From Granulicella sp. (GTDB lineage: Bacteria > Acidobacteriota > Terriglobia > Terriglobales > Acidobacteriaceae): DNA of 22,373 nt. Positions within the stretch are counted from its first letter, which is position 1; every line of letters starts with the position of its first letter. Shown in pieces: positions 18,501 to 22,373 of the stretch. The stretch covers positions 1-22,373 of the forward strand of contig DAHWNL010000040.1 of NCBI GenBank assembly GCA_027339965.1. The letters are read 5' to 3'. A program made the translations under genes and the position numbers. Under the pieces are notes generated by a model. The model did no database searches. It was given only the letters and a program-made list of their open reading frames with translations, and was not told the origin of the DNA.

Positions 18501-18574
18501 GAGCGCGTGCGCACAGGCTGGGACAAAGACTTCACGGAGCTTGCGCTCACTCGGATTCCGGTAAAAATGACCAC
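15503..18574 (-). CDS. bamA: Outer membrane protein assembly factor BamA
   Basis: Five POTRA domains (ending VREK, VKEG, IEEG, IDEG, LHEK; GN..TRDRVIRRE in POTRA5). Barrel motifs NNFLGFGETL, FTEPYL, LRGF (VRGF/Y) and GGD....NLEYRFP. C-terminal Phe. GTG start with GAGGGT upstream; exact start uncertain. Confidence 0.96.
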   Translation of the reverse strand: MVIFTGIRVSASSVKSLSQPVRTRSSRLGILGFGQSHSGLNRVVISAHRRSFSRLGVAAGLATLAILLAPAGSALARAQVQVSPPFSAASAPQILCPVEVIGNRRIPKESIVARLFSHAGDVYDPSVVERDFNSLWNTGYFDTVRIEKVEGKGCLQLLVYVREKPTISEINYKGLSSITASDVMDRLKKEHVGLNVESQFDRTRVKHAEVVLQEMLGEHGHQFATIKTEVKTIPPARVALTFVVKEGPTVKVGKIAFTGNHALSHRQLVEAMANLRPIGIPHSIIFEDLFPRTYDASKLDEDADRVREAYRDKGYFKAITGEPRTHVRNAGGINPFTLRPSKGKRVDIVIPIEEGQRYRLGGITFSGNKSYRNAKALRALFPEADGTWFNARLFAKGIDNLKKAYGEGGYINMVPTPIPRIDEAKHLIYLNVDIDEGKQFYVSRIEFTGNTLTRDRVIRREMLIQEGQVYNSRLVDLSLMRLNQLDYFDTLKTDQDVETQQNTDAGTVDLLIKLHEKGKNSIGINGGVSGLSGSFLGVNYATNNFLGFGETLNVTANIGDLERNLSFGFTEPYLHNKPISLGVQVFDRKTDFNPSKSYSVTGSNQNLATAQQSLLNNFNQSAKGLTIQTTEALRTLFRRTGVARIGVAYSWSSSGITTFNQNTLSVFQTLAFRSGIEGPNQLNGIVTSVLTPSFSFSTLDRPIGPHNGKDLSVAIQFAGMGGNTKYYSPVVAWRQFFPMKGIRINKEGHNVLAYRIQLANISGFGGQVAPPFSRIYNGGENDLRGFDIRSLSPYTFMPTKVLFNLTNPDGTGVPRDPTDQALGDVQIPLPIYRLAPIGGDTSAITNLEYRFPIINQITFAIFDDFGLTMNLEPHQLMMSPEGLSTINSPTYGCPEVVNGECLQGYQLPPYSEFLKDVPHTNIVPRMSTGLYMQVLMPIINAPFQIYYAYNPLRLYRAIPQQIVAPSGSACSGTSQECFKDFFPFATEPGAAAYTYQQALQYYGADYVLREPRKTFRFTISESF

Positions 18575-18658
18575 ACCCTCACTGCTCTTTGAATCTGTCC
18601 ACGCTTGTTGGACACGTCAGTTGATACCAGCACTGCGAAACACCAAGGTAGAGCTTTG

Positions 18659-18664
18659 ATTATA
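18659..18664 (-). promoter_or_regulatory. Candidate sigma70 -10 box for bamA
   Basis: Perfect TATAAT on the minus strand 84 nt upstream of the bamA start in GC-rich DNA. No good -35. Confidence 0.45.
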
Positions 18665-18867
18665 GGCGACCGGAAGCGGCCCATGCGAACCCAAACGTCG
18701 CTCTGAACCAATTAATCGCAGAACTTTAGGGGGCTGAACGCCGAGCCGGACCCCTTCCAGGCCAGCCACGCGTCTTTTCTCTGCCCGGTCCTGAAAAGCC
18801 GTGTGGCCGGCTCCCGTCTCCGCGCTCTGTTTCTGGGGCGTGCCCCGGCCCTACAACGCAGCCCCCA

Positions 18868-18913
18868 ACGGGCAGGCCCGATGCCGTGTGCGGGCTAGAT
18901 TCTGCCTGCCCGT
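18868..18913 (-). terminator. Stem-loop downstream of xrtJ
   Basis: Perfect 10-bp ACGGGCAGGC/GCCTGCCCGT inverted repeat 15 nt past the xrtJ stop. No U-tract. Confidence 0.5.
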
Positions 18914-18928
18914 GCGGCCCGACGGTCG

Positions 18929-20575
18929 CTACTGCCGGCTGTACGGCTCGGTGACCGCGAGCAGGTTTGCCCCCTCCAGAAAGGAGGCCAATGCGGAGGC
19001 CAGGCGCGGCTCCATCAGGCTGACCGGGGTGATCGTATCCAGGCTCTCCACCTTGAGCATCACGGGAATGGGGCGCAACCGGCCGCTCTCCAGCGGCAGC
19101 CCTCGGTGCGGCTCGGCGTAGATCAGGGTAAGGTTCCGGCTGGTCCCCGAGTACTGCCGGCAGGCTCCATGGTCACAGACGGTGGAGGCCTCCAGCTCCT
19201 GGGTGGCGCCGTTGTTGTACGTAGCGACCGTCAGATCGACCTCTCCGCCCGCAGTCTGGACCACCATCTGGCCGCGCCAGGTGGGGTCATCTCCCCGCGC
19301 CAGATGACAGACCTCGGCGTCATGCACGCTCTGCGGCGACACACCCAGCATCACGTGCATTTCCGTGGCGCCACTCCCGGCGGGCTTCGCGTAATCGCCC
19401 CAGGTGTACACCAGCACGCCGAACTGGGTCTCTTTCCAGGTGCGCTGCAGGGTGAAAGCGCCCACCTGTGCGGGCAGCATGGGCTCCGGCTGGGCTGCCT
19501 CCCAGGCCGCCTCCAGATGGTGCTGGCGCATGGCGTCCAGCCCGAACATGACGGCCATCGCCAGCACAACGGCTACCTGCGCCCGTACCATCGCCAGCCC
19601 CTGGGGTTGGTGTGCCCCTTCCGGCCCGCTGGCTGTGCGGGCGGCGCCGTTCAGGGGGTCCGGATCTCCGCGCAGCTTGTTGGCTAGGGTAAAGAAGATC
19701 GCCAGGGCGCAAACGAACAGGCAGCCGCCGATGACGTAGTCTGCTGTTTTGGCGTGGTGCTGCATCCACGGGTAGGGAAGAGCCAGCTTATAGTACAACA
19801 CCAGAAGGCAAAGCCTAAGGAAGTTGAACAGGTATCCCAACAGCACCGCCCCGGCTACCACCGGGGCGCAGACATACCAACGAAAGCGGTAGAGATAGCT
19901 GACCACAACCGCTGCCAGGCCGAGAGTGACGGCGCCGCGGATGCCATTGCAGCCGGGTGCAATGAACATGCCGAAATCCGGGGTGAACATCAAGCGCAGC
20001 TTGTCCTGGGTAAGTTGCTCTCCCAGAGTATGGGCCCAGGCCCGGGCCACCATGGCCGAGGCATGTTGCAGGGGCAGGTCCACCCAGGTGCTGAAGCTCT
20101 GCGGTACGGGGATCACCGTCCCCATCAGTAGCACCGGAAACCAGGCGGCCTTGAGCAGCCGCTGGCCGCCAAAGAGTAGCACCATCGCCGCAGCGTAGAG
20201 CACAGCCACCAGAGGGAGCGGTGGAAGCTCCAGCAGCCAGTGCCGGCGGATGGTCACGATCAGCATCATCTGGCTGCGCAGAAAGACGATGGATGCGGTG
20301 GCCGCCAGCAGGACAACGCCCCACCAGGAGCCATCGGTCTCCCAGTCCAGGGCCCGCCAGGCACGCAGAATCAGCAGATAGCAGACCAGAGGCACGGCCA
20401 TGCCCATCGATTTGAGGTCATCGGTGGTCCAAACGCCGATCAGCGACTGCACGGTGGGCCAGATGGTCAAAAGCCCTGCAGCCGCGCAGATCGTGGCCAT
20501 GGTGGCCGTTCTGGAGGAGTGTCGGGAGGCCATTTCCATAGGGCTCATGGTCGCAGACCAGGCCGGCGAAGGCAA
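18929..20575 (-). CDS. xrtJ: Exosortase J (exosortase/EpsH domain fused to an EpsI-like extracytoplasmic domain)
   Basis: Multi-TM protein. IAPGCNGIR (catalytic Cys, 19949-19951), FNFLRL (Arg, 19814-19816), IPVP...DLPLQ. C-terminal domain with HDAEVC (EpsI H.PEVC-like). Adjacent PExPT-type target. Start could be ATG 20548. Confidence 0.88.
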   Translation of the reverse strand: MPSPAWSATMSPMEMASRHSSRTATMATICAAAGLLTIWPTVQSLIGVWTTDDLKSMGMAVPLVCYLLILRAWRALDWETDGSWWGVVLLAATASIVFLRSQMMLIVTIRRHWLLELPPLPLVAVLYAAAMVLLFGGQRLLKAAWFPVLLMGTVIPVPQSFSTWVDLPLQHASAMVARAWAHTLGEQLTQDKLRLMFTPDFGMFIAPGCNGIRGAVTLGLAAVVVSYLYRFRWYVCAPVVAGAVLLGYLFNFLRLCLLVLYYKLALPYPWMQHHAKTADYVIGGCLFVCALAIFFTLANKLRGDPDPLNGAARTASGPEGAHQPQGLAMVRAQVAVVLAMAVMFGLDAMRQHHLEAAWEAAQPEPMLPAQVGAFTLQRTWKETQFGVLVYTWGDYAKPAGSGATEMHVMLGVSPQSVHDAEVCHLARGDDPTWRGQMVVQTAGGEVDLTVATYNNGATQELEASTVCDHGACRQYSGTSRNLTLIYAEPHRGLPLESGRLRPIPVMLKVESLDTITPVSLMEPRLASALASFLEGANLLAVTEPYSRQ

Positions 20576-20675
20576 TCCGGATGTGGTTTCAGAGTTCGCT
20601 CGTCCTGTAGGGAAGGCGGCCTGGATCGGGCTTGATTACGACCGCCTGGCAAGGCTCGCCTGCACCGCATGCCGG

Positions 20676-20876
20676 CTACTTCCAGGGATCATGGCTCTTC
20701 GTTCGCCGTGCCCGCAGCCGAGTTCGCAGAGAGGAGATGAAGTAGGCCCCACCCGCCAGACCGGCAAGAACCAGAGTGGGGTTTTCGGGCGAGTCTTCAC
20801 AACCTCCCTGAGCGAAAGCAGGGAGGGCAACCAGCAGAGCGAGTGCGAGAGTGGTGAGCAGAAGGGTCTTCTTCAT
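20676..20876 (-). CDS. PExPT-CTERM / XrtJ-associated TM-motif-TM small protein (66 aa)
   Basis: MKKTLLLTTLALALLVALPAFA|QGGCEDS-PENPT-LVLAGLAGGAYFISSL-RTRLRARR: signal peptide, short motif, TM helix and basic tail (tripartite sorting signal), directly upstream of the exosortase. Internal ATG of track ORF 20676..21020. Confidence 0.88.
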   Translation of the reverse strand: MKKTLLLTTLALALLVALPAFAQGGCEDSPENPTLVLAGLAGGAYFISSLRTRLRARRTKSHDPWK

Positions 20877-21004
20877 AAAGGGAGATCCGGTTTCCGCCGC
20901 GACCGCTGGGGCCCATGGCTGTACTGCGATGAGATGAACTGCGCCGATCCGAAGGACGAATCGCACTTCTATACATCTGGGCGCTACGAGGTCTATCTGC
21001 GTTG

Positions 21005-21033
21005 AGGATATCGTCGGCAAAGGCGAAAGTCAA
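21005..21033 (-). promoter_or_regulatory. Sigma70-type promoter for the PExPT-CTERM/xrtJ unit
   Basis: TTGACT (21033-21028), 17-nt spacer, TATCCT (21010-21005) on the minus strand. Confidence 0.65.
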
Positions 21034-21323
21034 CGATTCGAGGTGTCAAAGTAGTGCCCCCGATACGTTCGCAGAGATGTCATGGCGAAGGATGGGTCCA
21101 CCGTTTCCGCGCCAGGCATATAAGACTCTCGCGCTGTAAAATCAGGGCTACGGGCAAGGCATAGGTGAGGTTGCGGGCCGAGGAGATTGCCGCATCCCCC
21201 GTCAGCCTCTGGTTTCGCTGGGCGAGCGTGCGCGGTTGGCGGCTTTTCCATCGAAATCCCCCAAATCTACGGGAACAAGGCTCTGCCGGCGCAACCGGTG
21301 GATTTCAGGAGGTGATCACGACC

Positions 21324-21908
21324 ATGGCATCAACGATGACAGGGATGGAGGGGCTTTCCGGCGTCTATGAAGGCATCAAGGCGCGCATGAACAAGTCCGT
21401 GGAGGACTTCCGCGCCCACCTGGTGAGTGTCCGTACCGGCCGCGCCTCGGTCCATATGCTGGACGGCATCAAGGTTGACTACTATGGTACCGAGACGCCA
21501 CTCTCTCAGGTAGCACAGATCACAACCCCGGAAGCCAGCCTGATTCTGGTGCAGCCCTGGGAGCCGCATCTAGTTCCACTGATTGATAAGGCCATCCGCA
21601 ACAGTCAGCATGGGTTCAACCCCATGCATGATGGCAAGATCGTCCGCGTGCCCATTCCGCCCATGACCGAGGAGCGCCGCAAGGAGACGGTGAAGCACTT
21701 GGCCGGCATGGCGGAGGACCACAAGACGACCATCCGCAATATCCGCCGCGAGGGCAATGAGGCTGTCAAGAAGGCTGCGAAAGACAAGCTGATTTCGGCC
21801 GATGACGAGAAGCGCGCCAACGCTGAGATCCAGGAACTCACCGACGCCGAGATCAGGCGTCTCGACGAGTTGTTCCGCGCCAAAGAAAAAGAGATCCTGA
21901 CTATCTGA
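21324..21908 (+). CDS. frr: Ribosome recycling factor
   Basis: RTGRAS, VDYYG..TPL.QVA, NP..DG..VRVPIPPMTEERRKE.VK, IRNIRR, ISADDEKR, KEKEILTI. SD AGGAGGT before ATG 21324. Confidence 0.98.
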   Translation: MASTMTGMEGLSGVYEGIKARMNKSVEDFRAHLVSVRTGRASVHMLDGIKVDYYGTETPLSQVAQITTPEASLILVQPWEPHLVPLIDKAIRNSQHGFNPMHDGKIVRVPIPPMTEERRKETVKHLAGMAEDHKTTIRNIRREGNEAVKKAAKDKLISADDEKRANAEIQELTDAEIRRLDELFRAKEKEILTI

Positions 21909-21946
21909 GCCCAGCCAACGGGCTTCAGTGCTGCCGGGCGAGCTTT

Positions 21947-22373
21947 GGCGACTCTGATCAAGTATCGGCTGGGTTGATATTTCTTAATCTGAGTCGAATT
22001 TTGGGTCGAGTTGCTAGGGTATTGGGCGTTGGCGCTCTGAACAAGTGTAGTTTTCCGTACTTCGGGCAGACTACTGCCCGGGCACGGCCATCAGTTTTTG
22101 CGCTGTGATGAGGTGGATGAGGGCGAAGCTGGTGTAGAGCCTGTGCAGGTTCTTGGCCAGGCCCCGGTAGCGCACCTTGACGAAGCCGAAGCGTTGCTGG
22201 AGCGGAGCGAAGAGGTGTTCAACGCGGGAGCGAAGCTTGCTCTTGATGCGGTTGGCTTCGCGCACCTCGGGCCAGATGTGGAGCTTGCTGCGCCAGCGTC
22301 GGCAGGTCAGGTCTTCGGCCTTGGGCGCGTGCTGGGCCAGCACGGCGGCCTGGCCCTGATAAGCCTGGTCGCC
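21947..22373 (-). mobile_element. IS5-family insertion sequence, right part
   Basis: Transposase C-terminus plus an IS5-type terminal IR-like sequence GGCGACTCTGATCAAGT at 21947-21963, with a second copy at 22031-22046. Exact end uncertain. Confidence 0.7.
22071..22373 (-). CDS. IS5-family transposase, C-terminal part (runs off the window)
   Basis: GDQAYQG (second catalytic Asp region), NRIKSKLRSRVEHLF (catalytic Glu), FGFVKVRYRGLAKN. Confidence 0.93.
   Translation of the reverse strand, partial: GDQAYQGQAAVLAQHAPKAEDLTCRRWRSKLHIWPEVREANRIKSKLRSRVEHLFAPLQQRFGFVKVRYRGLAKNLHRLYTSFALIHLITAQKLMAVPGQ

Noticed and set aside
20877..21020. 48-aa N-terminal extension of the PExPT protein
   Set aside because: It overlaps the predicted promoter, and a canonical signal peptide begins at ATG 20876.
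21165..21323. 53-aa N-terminal extension of RRF in the ORF track
   Set aside because: A strong SD precedes ATG 21324 and RRF homology starts there.

Overview
GC-rich bacterial chromosomal segment, most likely Acidobacteriota (Acidobacteriaceae-like). This is inferred from an Oar-type TonB-dependent receptor, a Cys-loop BamA and an exosortase J/PExPT-CTERM pair. Both ends are insertion sequences. On the left is the 3' end of an IS630-family element inserted at a TA inside a degraded ISAzo13 transposase. On the right is the 3' end of an IS5-family transposase. Between them lie: TonB-dependent receptor (+), geranylgeranyl-reductase-family flavoprotein (-), a 565-aa secreted mosaic protein with ten [F/Y/V]G-x5 heptad repeats (+), an orphan DppD-like ABC ATPase (+), a metallophosphoesterase (+), then a co-oriented minus-strand run (PExPT-CTERM micro-target, xrtJ, bamA, rlpA, Ste24-like M48 peptidase, HIT, msrA), and frr (+). 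The best candidates for new biology are: (i) the XrtJ system, whose predicted cargo is only a 7-residue Cys-containing peptide and whose usual catalytic His appears replaced; (ii) the heptad-repeat mosaic protein; (iii) several large structured intergenic elements. All family calls come from motif recognition by eye, with no database search.
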